63,580 nucleotides of DNA, filler included, from Octopus bimaculoides (GCF_001194135.2; 6 parts of 6 records of this genome joined end to end with filler, not necessarily neighbours in it); one strand, 5' to 3'. Shown: positions 41,170 through 55,040, counted from the first letter of the whole stretch. Numbers and translations: made by a program. The notes: generated by a model from the sequence alone, not told the origin.

Positions 41170-41460
41170 TGAAGGCGCATGGCGTGGTGGTTACGGGTAT
41201 TCGGCTCACGATCATAAGTTCGTGATTTCGAATCCCGGTGGTGCATGGTGTCCTTGAGCAAGACACTTTATTTCACGTTGCTGGCAAAAATTAAATTGTA
41301 CCTGTATTTCAAAGAGCCAGCTTTGTTACATCATGTGTCACTCTGAATCTCCCTGAGAACTACATTAAGTGTACGCGTGTCTGTGGAATATTCAGCCACT
41401 TGCAGATAGCTGTTCTGTTGATCGGATCAACTGGAACACTCTTCGCTGCAACCGACGTAG
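41170..41460 (+). mobile_element. tRNA-derived SINE, family B
   Basis: gaaggcgcatggcgtggtggtta...gatttcgaatcccgg then gtgtccttgagcaagacactttatttcac (CORE-like segment). Confidence 0.8.
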
Positions 41461-41468
41461 TGCCAGCA

Positions 41469-41499
<31 letters not shown>

Positions 41500-44400
41500 A
41501 TGCATATCTGTGTGTTGGTGTGTGTGTGTTCACGTGTGTGTATGTGTGTGTGTATACATTAATATATATTTATGAAAGCAATGAACACAAAATAAAGCAC
41601 AAAAGCAAAAAAGACAAACGTAGGAAGGGACAAGTTTTGACAAATGTTCTATTAGTTTAACACTTAAAAGGAAGGGTTTGGCTCTTGACATTTCGGATAC
41701 TAGTCTTTCATCAAANNNNNNNNNNNNNNNNNNNNNNNNNNNNNNNNNNNNNNNNNNNNTTAATTAATTAANNNNNNNNNNNNNNNNNNNNNNNNNNNNN
41801 NNNNNNNNNNNNNNNTGTGTGTGTGTGCTTGAGTGTGTGTGATATGTAATATCTATCTTTCTCTCTCACATAATATCTCTCTTTCTCTCTACACATGGAC
41901 ACACATATACATATACACGCACATATGATGTATTTATTCGTACAAAACGAGGACAAAGATAAATAACAATTATACGTTATGTGTGAGTTGGAAAAAAAAA
42001 AACATCAAGTTTGTTCTCCTGTCTCACGTGTCAGCGACACGTTTGAAGAAAACACCAAAAGGAATGTAATTGACTTTTAGTTTTATGAGGGAAGCAAATA
42101 CAAGTAGACATATCAGTTATGAGAAAGATGAGGATGTAGGTTGAAGGCGAGAGAGCAAGTCAACACACTGAGTTAAATATATAGAGCATCGTGAAAGAGA
42201 AATATAAATAAGGAACGTATATGATTAAAAGAGATGAACTAAAATAACGCAGGAAAGAGAAAGGGAGATAAATGTTGAAGGAGAAATTGGGAAATGCTGA
42301 GCGAGTAATTGACAGGGAGAGATGATGATCTGCAACGGAAATTTTGTGGGATTGTGTTGAAAAAGAGAGGATGGTGGTAGAAGAGAATGTGCGGTTGTTG
42401 TTACTATGGGATTGCAAATGAGAGTGAGAAAGGAAGAGGCTTACAGCAAGATTGGTAGATAATAACAGATAGAAAGGTAAGTATATATGTATGATTTTAT
42501 GTGCGAATGTATATATACATACGTTTGTGTGAATATATACATATACGTATTAGTAAGTATATATANNNNNNNNNNNNNNNNNNNNNNNNNNNNNNNNNNN
42601 NNNNNNNNNNNNNNNNNNNNNNNNNNNNNNNNNNNNNNNNNNNNNNNNNNNNNNNNNNNNNNNNNNNNNNNNNNNNNNNNNNNNNNNNNNNNNNNNNNNN
42701 NNNNNNNNNNNNNNNNNNNNNNNNNNNNNNNNNNNNNNNNNNNNNNNNNNNNNNNNNNNNNNNNNNNNNNNNNNNNNNNNNNNNNNNNNNNNNNNNNNNN
42801 NNNNNNNNNNNNNNNNNNNNNNNNNNNNNNNNNNNNNNNNNNNNNNNNNNNNNNNNNNNNNNNNNNNNNNNNNNNNNNNNNNNNNNNNNNNNNNNNNNNN
42901 NNNNNNNNNNNNNNNNNNNNNNNNNNNNNNNNNNNNNNNNNNNNNNNNNNNNNNNNNNNNNNNNNNNNNNNNNNNNNNNNNNNNNNNNNNNNNNNNNNNN
43001 NNNNNNNNNNNNNNNNNNNNNNNNNNNNNNNNNNNNNNNNNNNNNNNNNNNNNNNNNNNNNNNNNNNNNNNNNNNNNNNNNNNNNNNNNNNNNNNNNNNN
43101 NNNNNNNNNNNNNNNNNNNNNNNNNNNNNNNNNNNNNNNNNNNNNNNNNNNNNNNNNNNNNNNNNNNNNNNNNNNNNNNNNNNNNNNNNNNNNNNNNNNN
43201 NNNNNNNNNNNNNNNNNNNNNNNNNNNNNNNNNNNNNNNNNNNNNNNNNNNNNNNNNNNNNNNNNNNNNNNNNNNNNNNNNNNNNNNNNNNNNNNNNNNN
43301 NNNNNNNNNNNNNNNNNNNNNNNNNNNNNNNNNNNNNNNNNNNNNNNNNNNNNNNNNNNNNNNNNNNNNNNNNNNNNNNNNNNNNNNNNNNNNNNNNNNN
43401 NNNNNNNNNNNNNNNNNNNNNNNAGAGAGAGAAAGAGAGTGAGAGAGAGAGAGAAAGAGAGTGTGAGAGAGAGAGAGAGAAAGAGAGTGAGAGAAATATA
43501 TTCATACATATTAATCAAAACCGTTTTACTCGGATTCCGTGCGATTGATGTTTCCCATGTCCCTAACGGGGCCTGTCTCCCGCCGGTTGAATAGCCGAAT
43601 GATTGAAGAGATCGAGGAAGCTTAAGATGGCTACCGGAAGGTGGACTGCTATTCATCAAGGAGAGTGTATATATATGTTTGTATGTATTTATGTATGTAT
43701 GTATAGGTTCTGGGGTAACTGGTTCGGAGATGATATGTCAATCACAACGACCCAAAATTTAACTGATACTAATTTTGTCTAATCAAAAAGGATCAAATGT
43801 ATATTCGACCCTGTAGAGTTTGGACGCAAATATTATCATTATGAACGCGGCGAGCTGGGAGAATCGTCATCACGCCGGGCAAAATGCTTACCGGCATTTC
43901 GTACGTCTTTACGTTCTGAGTTAAAATTCCACCGAGGTTGATTTTGCCTTTCGCCACTTCGCGGTGGATAAATAAAGAACCAGTGAAACACCGGGGCCAA
44001 TCTAACTGACTAGTCCCCTCCCCCAAATATATGCCCCTGTGCCTATTGTGAAAAGGTTTATCATTATTATCATTCCTAACTGGACCGAAGTTACATTTGA
44101 CCCTGTACGATCAAAATTTTTCCCCTGTCCTCCAATGGGTTCGGTCAAGAATACACGATGAACTTTGTACAACATGCGAATTTGGTTGTACTAGCAAGAA
44201 TGACTACTATGAAACCACTTTGGTTTCCACATGACTCCATTAATCCTTGAAATAGTTATATGAGTGTAAAGATGGATGAAATGCCGTTAAAATTATTATC
44301 CAGCGTGTCAATGATTCTTGCAACTCGCTGCCTTTGCCACTTATCGTTGGCTTAAACTTTTGGCACAACACCAGCAGTTTCAGGTAAAGTGTTAAGTATA

Positions 44401-45184
44401 TTAATCATCCCCCACTCCAAATGTTCAACTGGTAATTTTCTTATCGAGGGTGAAAATCGACATCTGCATCATTTCAATTCTGAACGAGAAGACGGTCAAA
44501 ATGTCGTTATTTTGTCCAGCGTCTTAATAACTCTGCCTGCTCAATGCCTTTGTGGCTATTAATATTGAAATTCATTGAATATTGATTTCAAATTTTTGCA
44601 CAAAGTCAACAATTTAGGGGAGTGACGTAACTTGATTGCATCGACCCCAGTACTCAATTAGTACTTATCTTATCGATCCCGAATTAACATAAGTTAATGT
44701 CGACTTCGGCGTAATTTGAACTCAAAACACGAAGATGGACGAAATACTGTAAAGTCTTTCGCTCGGCGTCCTAACGATCCTGCTATCTCTGACGTGTTAA
44801 ATTTACTGAACATTACAAACACAAATATAGCTGATTGCGCGGTGATAGACGCCAGGAGTCAACGGGAATTTTAGAGCAAATACGAAATAATTGAAGAAAG
44901 TAGCATCGGATTTTGAATTAAAATTAAAGTATTAGTTAGCTCCTGACTGCAATTACAACTTGTATTTTCAAAAAAAATATGTAATTAAAAGCTCCTGTGA
45001 TAAAATCTTTTCCACAAATTGAAAATAAAGTGCATAATTTTTTAAGGCCATTAATTTTTAAATTGTGCAATATTTTTCTAGCGTGTTTAAATAGACAAAT
45101 AAAATACACATTTCGTTATTAATATAGCAAAGGCTATCGATATAGTTTATTAGAATTAAAAGACATGACTGTCTACACCTTTCC

Positions 45185-45224
<40 letters not shown>

Positions 45225-45509
45225 ACATACATACATACATACTTATATACAAATATACATATACATACATATATACTCACACATATATATATAAGTGTAA
45301 ATATACATATATGTGTGTATGTAAATGCACGTAAACGCACACACGAGCACTCGCATATATTTATGTATACACATATGTATATGTATACCTCTCACAACAC
45401 CACCACCACTATTACTGCTACTACTACTACTACTACTACTAATAATAATAATAATAATAATGATAATAATAATAACAACAATAATAATAATCCTCATTAA
45501 TATTCTTAT

Positions 45510-45790
45510 TATTATTATTGCTATTATTCTGTAGTCTCAATTTTATCACATACTTTTACTGCACTGCAGAGCGCAGCTCTGTGTGCCTTGGGTATGTGCT
45601 GTGGTGTGTTATGATGCTCTTATTTTTACTGTGTTGAAAGTGTTTTACCTAGGATGTGTGCGGTGCCTAGTTTTGCTAATATCTGTATGTTATATTTACT
45701 GTTTAGTCCTGGAGTTTTTGTTATGTATTTATCTGAATATTTTATAAAATTATATCTAATGCGCCTATTATTATAGGAATTGTTTCTATT
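45510..45790 (-). mobile_element. R4/Dong-clade element extreme 3' end with (TAA)n tail
   Basis: SDKYITKTPGL...YNIQILAKLGTAHILGKTLS (LGTAHILR motif), then 3' UTR and aataataat tail. Confidence 0.75.
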
Positions 45791-46990
45791 TTTAGACTCC
45801 CCATTCAAGTTATCTCTATTTTCAGATCTTCGTAGTTCGTAAGTTTCTGTTTCTTTTAGAGAAATATCATCATCAGTTACTATTGATACATCGATTAGAA
45901 AGCATTATTATTCGTACTATTTTTCTTCTTCTTCTTCTTCTTATTATTATTATCAGGAAACTGCCAGATATTCGTTTACAATTGGATAATTACAACGAAG
46001 ACTGCCCGAGCGATTTATTGAAATTTGAATTTAATCTATAACATTGACCTTATTACATTTATTAATTGTTAGCCACTGCCGTCAACAGAAAATGTTGCTG
46101 ACGTCGTCGTAATCATTTTCATCTTCGTCATTATTGTTGTTACTATAAATTTATTAATGCCCATCATTACCATTATACGCGATAACACCGACATGTTTAT
46201 AATTCATAGTTTGAAGATGATAACTTTGCTACCGACTTTAATGTCCTCACCATCGTTTCATCAATATTGACACCGTCATCAGAATCATCGTTGTCGTCAT
46301 CGTCGTCTTTGTCGTCGTCGTCATCATCATTGTCATCATCTCCATCATGCTCATCAACGTCATCATCGTCATCACCGCCGACGTCCTCTACGTCGCTGTC
46401 GTTATAAAGTATCCAATCTGGACATATCCTTTCGTATCAATGCCTTTTTACTCCTTAACTTCATTTCACTAACAAGCATTGCCATCAATAAAGAATTAAA
46501 CCATCATGCTGAAAATTGTTGCCCCTCCACCTCCAATAGCCCTTCAACATTTTACGGCCTTCAGGCGGCGTGTTTGCAAACTCATTGGCAATCCTGGCAA
46601 AATGCTTAGCGATATTTCGTCCGTCTTTTGCCTTCCGAGTTCAAATTCCACCAAGGTTAACTTTGCTTCTCAAAATCGATAAAATAAGTACTAGTTGAGT
46701 AATGGGGTCAATGTAATGGTTCTAATATAAAACAATGTTTTACTGCCATAAGGACTAGAGAAATATGATGGAGCATATTAATAACCCTCATGTTCCAAAT
46801 CAGTTGCACTAAAACATGTATTTTGGGGGCTTGATCCCTCACAGATTCTAGTGCTATAACACTGTAACCACGGGCCCAGAAGCGTTTCTTTTATTTGGCT
46901 AGATTGCAAACGTTTTTAGAACCGGTAATTTAACACTATTTTATTTAAACAACGTGAATGATAGTGGTAGTCTTATAGCTTTCTACTCTG

Positions 46991-47683
46991 GGCACAAGAT
47001 CCGAAATTTTTGTAGTTGGTGCCAGTCGATCATATCAACCCCTCTACGCAACTGGTATTTAATTTGGTGAGCTCGAAAGCATGAAAGGCAAAGTTGACCT
47101 TGCTAGAATTTGAACTCAGAACGTAAAGACAGTCGAAATTTCGCTTAGCATTTCGCCCGGTGTGCTAAAGTTTCTACCAGCTCACCGCCTTTAAAAAATT
47201 GCCGAAATCTGTCTGGATAATTATTTTTTTCTAATCTAGGCACAAGGCCCGAAATTTGAGAGAGGGGGGGGGGCTAATTAATTAGATCGACCCCTCTACG
47301 CAACTGTTACCTAATTTATCGATCCAGAAGGATGAAAGACAAAGTCGACCTCGGTGGAATTAGAACTCAGAACGTAGCGACAGACGAAATACCACTAAGC
47401 ATTTCGCCCGGCGTGCTAACGTTTCCACCAGCTCATCGCATTTAAAAAACAAAAACCATAAATTGGCCTGGATAGTTATTATTTTCTAATCTCGGCACAA
47501 GGCCCGACATTTTGGGGGACGGGGCTAGTGTATTCGATCCACCCCAGTACCCAACTGGTACATAGTTTATTGATCCCGAAAGGATGAAAGGCAAAGTCGA
47601 CCTCGGTGGAATTTGAACTCAGTGCATAAAGACAGACGAACTACTGCTAAGCATTTCGCCCGGCGTGCAAACGTTTCTGCCAG
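46991..47683 (-). mobile_element. Three head-to-tail SINE family D copies, ~250-bp period
   Basis: Units start at 46991, 47239 and 47494; B-box-like GAGTTCAAATTC on the minus strand in two of the three (GAGTTCTAATTC in the middle copy). Confidence 0.9.
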
Positions 47684-48600
47684 TCTTAGTGCTAATTCCT
47701 TCTTCAGTCTGTGACGTTCGACAATTTGCTATCATATCTGCAAAATCAATTACCCTTAGAGCAAATCTTTATTGTAACACTGTCTTTATCCAGTCCATAA
47801 ACTGTTCTATAGCTTCTTGTTGCTTTAAGTATCTATTCACTTCAATGTATCCGTACATCTCTATCCATTGATTTTAGGAACTTGCATTGTTTTCGAGGAT
47901 TCCTGTATCTTCTTGCCTGTTACTGAATTCTACCCTTTTAAACTTTATTCACTAGCTCCACTAAACTGCATTTTTCCTACAGATCTGTGTTAAGTGGACT
48001 AAGGGAACTGCAATGTGTCCCACACATCTATATACTGTGGCTTCATGAAACTTCTATGTATAAGCTTTCAGTTCGAAAACCATTGTGTATTTCGAATATT
48101 TACAAATAACGACGAATATTGTTGACATATTTATCTCACCATTTTGATTTCATTTAACAAATGACATATCTGCAGGGAACATATCTTTCACGACTCTAAT
48201 ATTCACAAATAAGACATCTAAATTTTGTAAGTTAAAGTTATATGTATATAATGGATCTCTGAGCGAGATATACATACATATATATACACACACACGTATG
48301 TATATCTGAGTATATATAAATCTCTCTCTCTCGCTTGCTCTCTCTCTCTCTCTATCTCTATCTCTCTCTATATATATATATGTATATATATATATATAGG
48401 GAGATGTACTTGTATATATAGATAGACATACATATGTGTGTATGTATATATANNNNNNNNNNNNNNNNNNNNNNNNNNNNNNNNNNNNNNNNNNNNNNNN
48501 NNNNNNNNNNNNNNNNNNNNNNNNNNNNNNNNNNNNNNNNNNNNNNNNNNNNNNNNNNNNNNNNNNNNNNNNNNNNNNNNNNNNNNNNNNNNNNNNNNNN

Positions 48601-48635
<35 letters not shown>

Positions 48636-49664
48636 TACGTATGTGTATATATATATATATACATAATTCCTACAAAAAAAAAATGACCGGTAATGAATTT
48701 AGGCAGGGATACAGTCGATAAGCACTCGCTTGGTAATAATTGTAAACATCACCACGATTCCAACGAACAGTAACGCTAACGGTGCCACTGGAGTTCTCTT
48801 GGAGAACAGGCCTCATTAACCGTCATTATCGTTAGTAATTATGTTCATCAATATTTTATCATTGCCGTCAGTAATATCAAATGTTGCCCTGACCCTGCCT
48901 TTATCATTGACGCCTTAATATTCTTAATCACGAACGGCTATGACTCGCCGCAAACATTGCTCTCCATAGCGCCGACCTCAGCGGTTCATTTTTGACAACC
49001 GTTGCGATTAAGCATGCGCAACATCGGGAAAAGTGGTAGATAGAGTAAGTGGAGAAAGCAACGGCTTTATCTGCTGAACCAGCAGCAACAGAAAAGACGG
49101 TTGTATCTATCTATGTACGTCATTAACGATTGGCCAGCTAAAATAATCGGTGTCCTGCAATTTGTAGCAGTCCAGCATTTGCATCATTACGTTGATAAAC
49201 AGATAGTGTTAATTAATGAATCAATCTGAGAACGCATTCAATTAACTAACAGCTTTAGTATTTCATTGATTTTCAAACACTTCGATATACGCAGCTATAT
49301 ATGAATGTATGCATATATCTATGCTTTCACATATGTGTGTGTATGTATGTATATATATATGTATGTGTGTGTGTGTGTGTGTGCTTGTGCGCGCGTGACT
49401 GAGTTTGTGTGTGCGTGTGTGTGTGTGTGTATGAAGATTTTACGTGATAATGAGGGTAGACCTTCAAGCGAGACGGTTCTGCAATTCTTATACACACGTA
49501 AATATTTACATGTGTGTATGTGTGTGCGTTTGTGCGCATGCCTCTGTGTGCGTGTGTGCTTGCGTGTGTGTGTGTGTGCGTGTGTTGATGAGGCTATATG
49601 TTCAACCGAGACGGTTCTGCAATTCTTATAGACACGTAAATATCTGCAAGTATGCCTGTATGTA

Positions 49665-50843
49665 AACGCTTGTGTATGTATGTAACTCTTCTGTAACATA
49701 ACGTAAAACTGTTGACAGTTGTGAATATGCTGAGACATCAGATGTCTCATCAACAAGAATAGAAACAAACTTAGCCTGCTCAATTTCCTTTTGCATCTCA
49801 TTCAACATTACTTTATGAATTGCATCGATCCAGTCATTTTGAATTCTGACAGACCGGTGAAGACAGAAGTTGCATCTAGATGACTTTCCATTTTTTTTTT
49901 TTTTTTGGTGATATTTATTGATTAAATATACGAGTTCTTTTATAATTTACTCGATTATTAGAGCCTTCAGATTCAAAATGACCCCGAAACGATAATTCCT
50001 GGAGCCCTAAAAAAATAACAAGATCGATCAATCGTTGCAGAATGGATCTGTTTCGTCTTTCTCATTATGATGTTTTATGCTTTGATTTTTACATGCATCT
50101 AATTGTAAGTCTATGCGAACATTCCCGAATATTTTAAGATCTATCAAATAAGTTATATGCCTTTGAGAACACTCGTGCTTTAGCATAGCCATATGTAAAT
50201 TACTTAAATCATCATAGCCTTTATCATTCTAAACATTCATTTCTAAGCAAAAAAGTAAACAAGGCCAACAGAATAATTTATTAAGTGTAGCACTTCCAGC
50301 TAACCATTTTTTCTTTTCATACAAATTAACCTGAAATTGTCTCGTGAATTTCTTGTTGTAGCTTCGGAAATTAGGTAAATTCGGTGTTGTCTCCCACCGT
50401 TTATAATAAATTGTTTTCCATCGAAGTCTCTTTTCGAAAAACTATTTCTCAAAATATCGTTTATAACACCCGTTTCAAAAAAGGCTACTTTTATATAAGA
50501 ACACACGTATAAGCGTCAGCGTAAATTCTAAGTCAATTTCAACAAAACGGAAAAATAGCGTTATTTAAATTAATTTAAGATCAATTCGCTACTTCTGAAA
50601 TAAGAAATATAATACAGATAATATTTTTGTTTTCAGAACATTCCAAAAATACAATAGCGCAAACATATGTTTTGGATAAAAAAAAAAAAAAAAAGATTCA
50701 AACTTACCGCCAGATTATTCCGACATTCCAGCTGGTTAACTCAGGAATTATGGGACTGCTCCTGTTCGGGTCAAAAAGTGGAACGAGGTTAGCAACAATT
50801 CTACACTAACAAAGACACAGGTGGTCTTTTAAACAAGTCACTA

Positions 50844-50884
<41 letters not shown>

Positions 50885-51114
50885 AGGAAAGACAAACTAA
50901 CAGAGACAGAGAGGGGGTGTCTTTCACGTACGTCTTCTCAAAGTAGATATACGAGTCACTGAGAGAGGAGAAGGGGAGGCAGAATATTTCAAAAACACCT
51001 GGACGGATTTTCTTTCAAACAAAGTAACTATTTTATCTAATTTTCCGATGATATGAATAAAACATCAGAGAGCATGCAGCGCATATCTTGCATACTTGAG
51101 AGTGCACGCCCCTG
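49665..51114 (-). mobile_element. hAT DNA transposon: left end plus 5' half of a decayed transposase
   Basis: Terminus CAGGGGCGTGCAC at 51114. Zn-finger-like KWLAGSATLNKLFCWPCLLF...KHECSQRH; LQELSFRGHFESEGSNNRVNY; IQNDWIDAIHKVMLNEMQKEIEQAKFVSILVDETSDVSAYSQLSTVLRYV (first catalytic D). Contains stops and frameshifts. Confidence 0.9.
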
Positions 51115-53298
51115 ATATATATATACATAAATCCGTCCCAAAAACACAATGTTCTGTTTTCGATTAAACTTAGTGTCATCTTGGTCAAACAGCTTCTATT
51201 ATAAAGGCGAATGGAGCCAACGAAATTGGCCGCAATAAGTAACTGGCGAAATGAGCAACCGAGGAAATCCATCGTTTAGATGTTGATATTTATTTGAAGG
51301 TCCGGTCGTGTAACACATTCAATAACGCCGTGGACTAAGTTCTATTGTCATTATTTTTCTTATGAATCATATTTTTTTAAGAATTATATTTCTAAGAAAT
51401 CTCTAAGTACCTTAAAGATAATAACGGATAAACAGGTTTTACAAATATTTCAGACGAAAACGTAAGAAAAAATCAATTAGAATACAATGGTCAATACGTA
51501 ATGGCCTAATATTCTCCAATACAATGAAGTATATATTCATTTATAATTATTTATTTGAAATACTTATGCACACATTAGGAACATTTTAGTCAATTTACAA
51601 AAGTGTGTGTGTATGTGTGTGTATGTGTGTGTGTGTGTGTATGTATGTGTGTGTGTGTGTGTGTTAGTGTGCTGATTTGGTAGACGGAAACACAAAGAAT
51701 CCTTTCGTAGATAGATTTATATTATTTATACATGTACACTTATATATATTTGCATACATATACATATGCACACAAACACGTACACACACACATATATGTA
51801 TGTATACATACATATATACACACATACATTCTTACATATATGTGTGTGTGTGTCTGAGTGTGTGGGTGTGTGTATACACACACACACACATATNNNNNNN
51901 NNNNNNNNNNNNNNNNNNNNNNNNNNNNNNNNNNNNNNNNNNNNNNNNNNNNNNNNNNNNNNNNNNNNNNNNNNNNNNNNNNNNNNNNNNNNNNNNNNNN
52001 NNNNNNNNNNNNNNNNNNNNNNNNNNNNNNNNNNNNNNNNNNNNNNNNNNNNNNNNNNNNNNNNNNNNNNNNNNNNNNNNNNATGATTATGATACAAATG
52101 TTAGGCTCGTTACACACCGGCCTATGAAACTATTGAAATTGTGGTTTTCGCTGTAAATATTTCCCACCGCAGAACACTCTTGTGTTCGGATTGTCTTCTT
52201 TACGGATTATTTATTGATATGGATAATCAACCTTAAGCTCAAGTTTTACATTTGAATGTATGGTTTTATTCTATTCGTTTCCATAGAATTTGTAGCTTAT
52301 TCTATTATTCATTAATACAAAAACATTGCTATGTGTAATGATATATCATATTGACATAAGGTTACATATTGAACTGTAACGAACGCAAATCAAAGAATCC
52401 TAATCTTATTCAGATGATGGATAGCCCAAAACAAACCGTCCATCTCCACTCAGCTTGCTTCTGTCATTAATTGCCCAAACAAATCGTAATTCACAAGTCA
52501 CTATGTGGATAGCTTCTCTACAAATGAAAAGGTAACCTTGTAATTCTATAGATGAACTTGTGGTGTGTGCTGAGGAAGAAAATATCAACTGCAAACTATG
52601 AAGCTGTGATAAAATATACCAAAGATTAGGACTTGTTAAATAAATTATGGCAAAATTGAACTGAATCTCTTAAAGCAATGATATCGTCTTTGATGTAGAT
52701 TCGTAAATATACAGTTATAAGAAGATCAAGCTTCTAAATACATATGTGTATGCAGAATAAAGAAGTACTAATTGGATAAATCAAAGAAATTACTACGAAA
52801 ATAAATTAGATATATTTGCTTCATATAAATAAATGAACGTGAACAAATTGATAAAATAAAATATTAGGTAGCGAAAGAGTAACTGTTATATTTGTATTGC
52901 CGTTAGACATTCATGGAAATATAATGAATTATCATTAATATATACACAAAATAAAATAAGAACGACGTTTTGAAAAGTTACTCAACCATAAAAAGTATTC
53001 AGACAAGTAGATCGGGAAATTGCAGATGTGTTTTGAAAATATTCGTTTCAAATTTTGGCACAAGTCTAGTTATTTCTTGGGGATGGATTAAATCGATTTT
53101 ATCGACACTAGAAGAAATGAAAGGGAAAGTCGACCACATTGATATTTGAACTCAGAACGTAAAGATGTTTGAAATACCGCAGGTCATTTTGCCGAATCGT
53201 TTTCGATTATACCAGCGCGCTGTCTTAACTGTTTCGAAGGGAGGCACGTAAGATTAAGGCTTACAAAAGAAACATTCGAAGTGAGACATATGATTGCA

Positions 53299-53462
53299 CA
53301 GGCGCAGGTGTGGCCTTGTACGAAGAACCTTGCTTCCTATCCACATCATTCCGGGTTCATTCCTACTGTGCGGCACTTCGTACAAGTGTGTTCTATTATT
53401 GCCACGGGCTGACCAAATCCCTTTTAGTGGATGTGGTAGACGGAGACTTGAAGAAGACCGTC
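53299..53462 (+). mobile_element. SINE family A, 5' half
   Basis: aggcgcaggtgtggc...ttccgggttcattcctactgtgcggcac...ggtagacggagacttgaagaagaccgtcg. Confidence 0.75.
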
Positions 53463-53465
53463 GCG

Positions 53466-53515
<50 letters not shown>

Positions 53516-53520
53516 GCACG

Positions 53521-53553
<33 letters not shown>

Positions 53554-53631
53554 GTGTGTATGTATTCGTCTGTGTTTGTGATTGTGCATTTATGTGTGTT
53601 TGTATGTGTGTGTGTGAGGTTGTCCCAACGC

Positions 53632-53900
53632 CCAACTGCTTGCAAAAGAGACCGAACATTTTGTACGACTATAGACTCCTCTCCATACACTTTCTGTAAC
53701 AATGCGTTGGCCTCTGAGCAGGGATCCCCATGACAACTTTCTCTGTCATGGTTAATGCCACGATCATACGTTACACACCTTCCTTCGAAGCACTGCTGTA
53801 AACAGCGGAAGTGATCTAGAAGGGTAAAAACTAGTGCACGTGTACAGCAGTGTACAAGGTCAATCTTTAACCAGCGGCTTCACTCTGTGTGCTTTAGTGT
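53632..53900 (-). mobile_element. Mariner transposase N-terminal remnant with an internal deletion
   Basis: MTEKV-(deletion)-GDPCSEANALLQKVYGEES-(frameshift)-SRTKC resembles the mariner HTH motif LQKxYGEExMSRTxxFEW. Confidence 0.55.
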
Positions 53901-54261
53901 TGTTACAATGGCAACAGTTCGGATACTTATTTATCAGAAGTCGTATATATATATAGCAAAGACCACGCACACAAGGATTTCGCAAAAATATCGTAAAAAT
54001 ATACCGATAATATACGAAGAAATAGTATTTATTTAGTTTCCTATGAAGATCAACTGGTGCAAACACGAACCAGTTTTATCAGGCAACTATATTGAAAACA
54101 AATAATCTATAAAGAGATATAGAAGGAAATCAAATAAAAATGCATTGAAAATCTAAAAGAAATATCTGGAAACTTCCATGATTCTACAACAGTAAATCTA
54201 GCAGAGGTTAACTGGGACTATCTGGAACTTGGGTTAGGACGAAAATATGGTATGCTTTATT

Positions 54262-54470
54262 TTATCTTTTATCTTTTACTTTTTTTCAGCTATTGGGCGG
54301 TGGTCATGCAGCAGCACCGCGCTGACCGGTTTAGTTAAACAAATCGATCACGGTAGGTATTTTTATTTTTAAGCCTGGTACATTTTTACTCCCTTGTAAT
54401 TGTGAACCGTTTAGTAAAGGGGACTAAAAGCAACCAAAACGGGTTGTCAAGTGTTGGAGGCGGACAGCTA
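54262..54470 (-). mobile_element. SINE family A, 3' fragment
   Basis: gcggtggtcatgcagcagcaccgc...aaacaaatcgatc...gggttgtcaagtg. Confidence 0.6.
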
Positions 54471-54517
54471 TACACATACTAACACAAAATCACGTTCACG
54501 CTGAAGCAGAAGCAAAT

Positions 54518-54581
<64 letters not shown>

Positions 54582-54811
54582 GTTCAACACGCGTGTGCTT
54601 TTGTGCATGTGTGTGTGTGTCTGTGAATATATATATTTATATATGTAAATAACGTCAATGGAACATATATCCGGAAAATATGAGGTGCACTGTAGGCGCT
54701 ATTAGTCAAATAACCGAATCTGATGAAACGTCTATGAGCCTAAGCTCTATCGATGCGAAACCCGTGGTCACTCTATAACGGGTCATACAGTTAAATTCGT
54801 GTAAATATATT

Positions 54812-54842
<31 letters not shown>

Positions 54843-54884
54843 GCAGACACACAAACCCATTGTCGACATGATTAATTGCTAAAT

Positions 54885-55040
54885 CCACAAGGTTTTTTTT
54901 TATTCTCTCTATTTTTATTTTCTCATATTCCTTTCTGTTGAACAAAGTAGGTTCGAAATGCAAAATACTTTCTCACTTTCCCGAGCGTCAAACTGCATGT
55001 TTCTTTTTTTTTTATACAGCTGTCTTAATCGTTTGTGTCT
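54885..55040 (+). mobile_element. Possible Penelope-like pLTR remnant
   Basis: ctttctgttgaacaaagtaggttcgaaatgcaaaatactttctcactttcccgagcgtcaaact resembles a decayed TGAAGA-stem-GAAA hammerhead-bearing repeat that I recall from octopus. Confidence 0.35.

Noticed and set aside
47700-48020. Minus-strand frame fragments such as YLKQQEAIEQFMDWIKTVLQ
   Set aside because: Interrupted by stops and unassignable; probably old TE debris.
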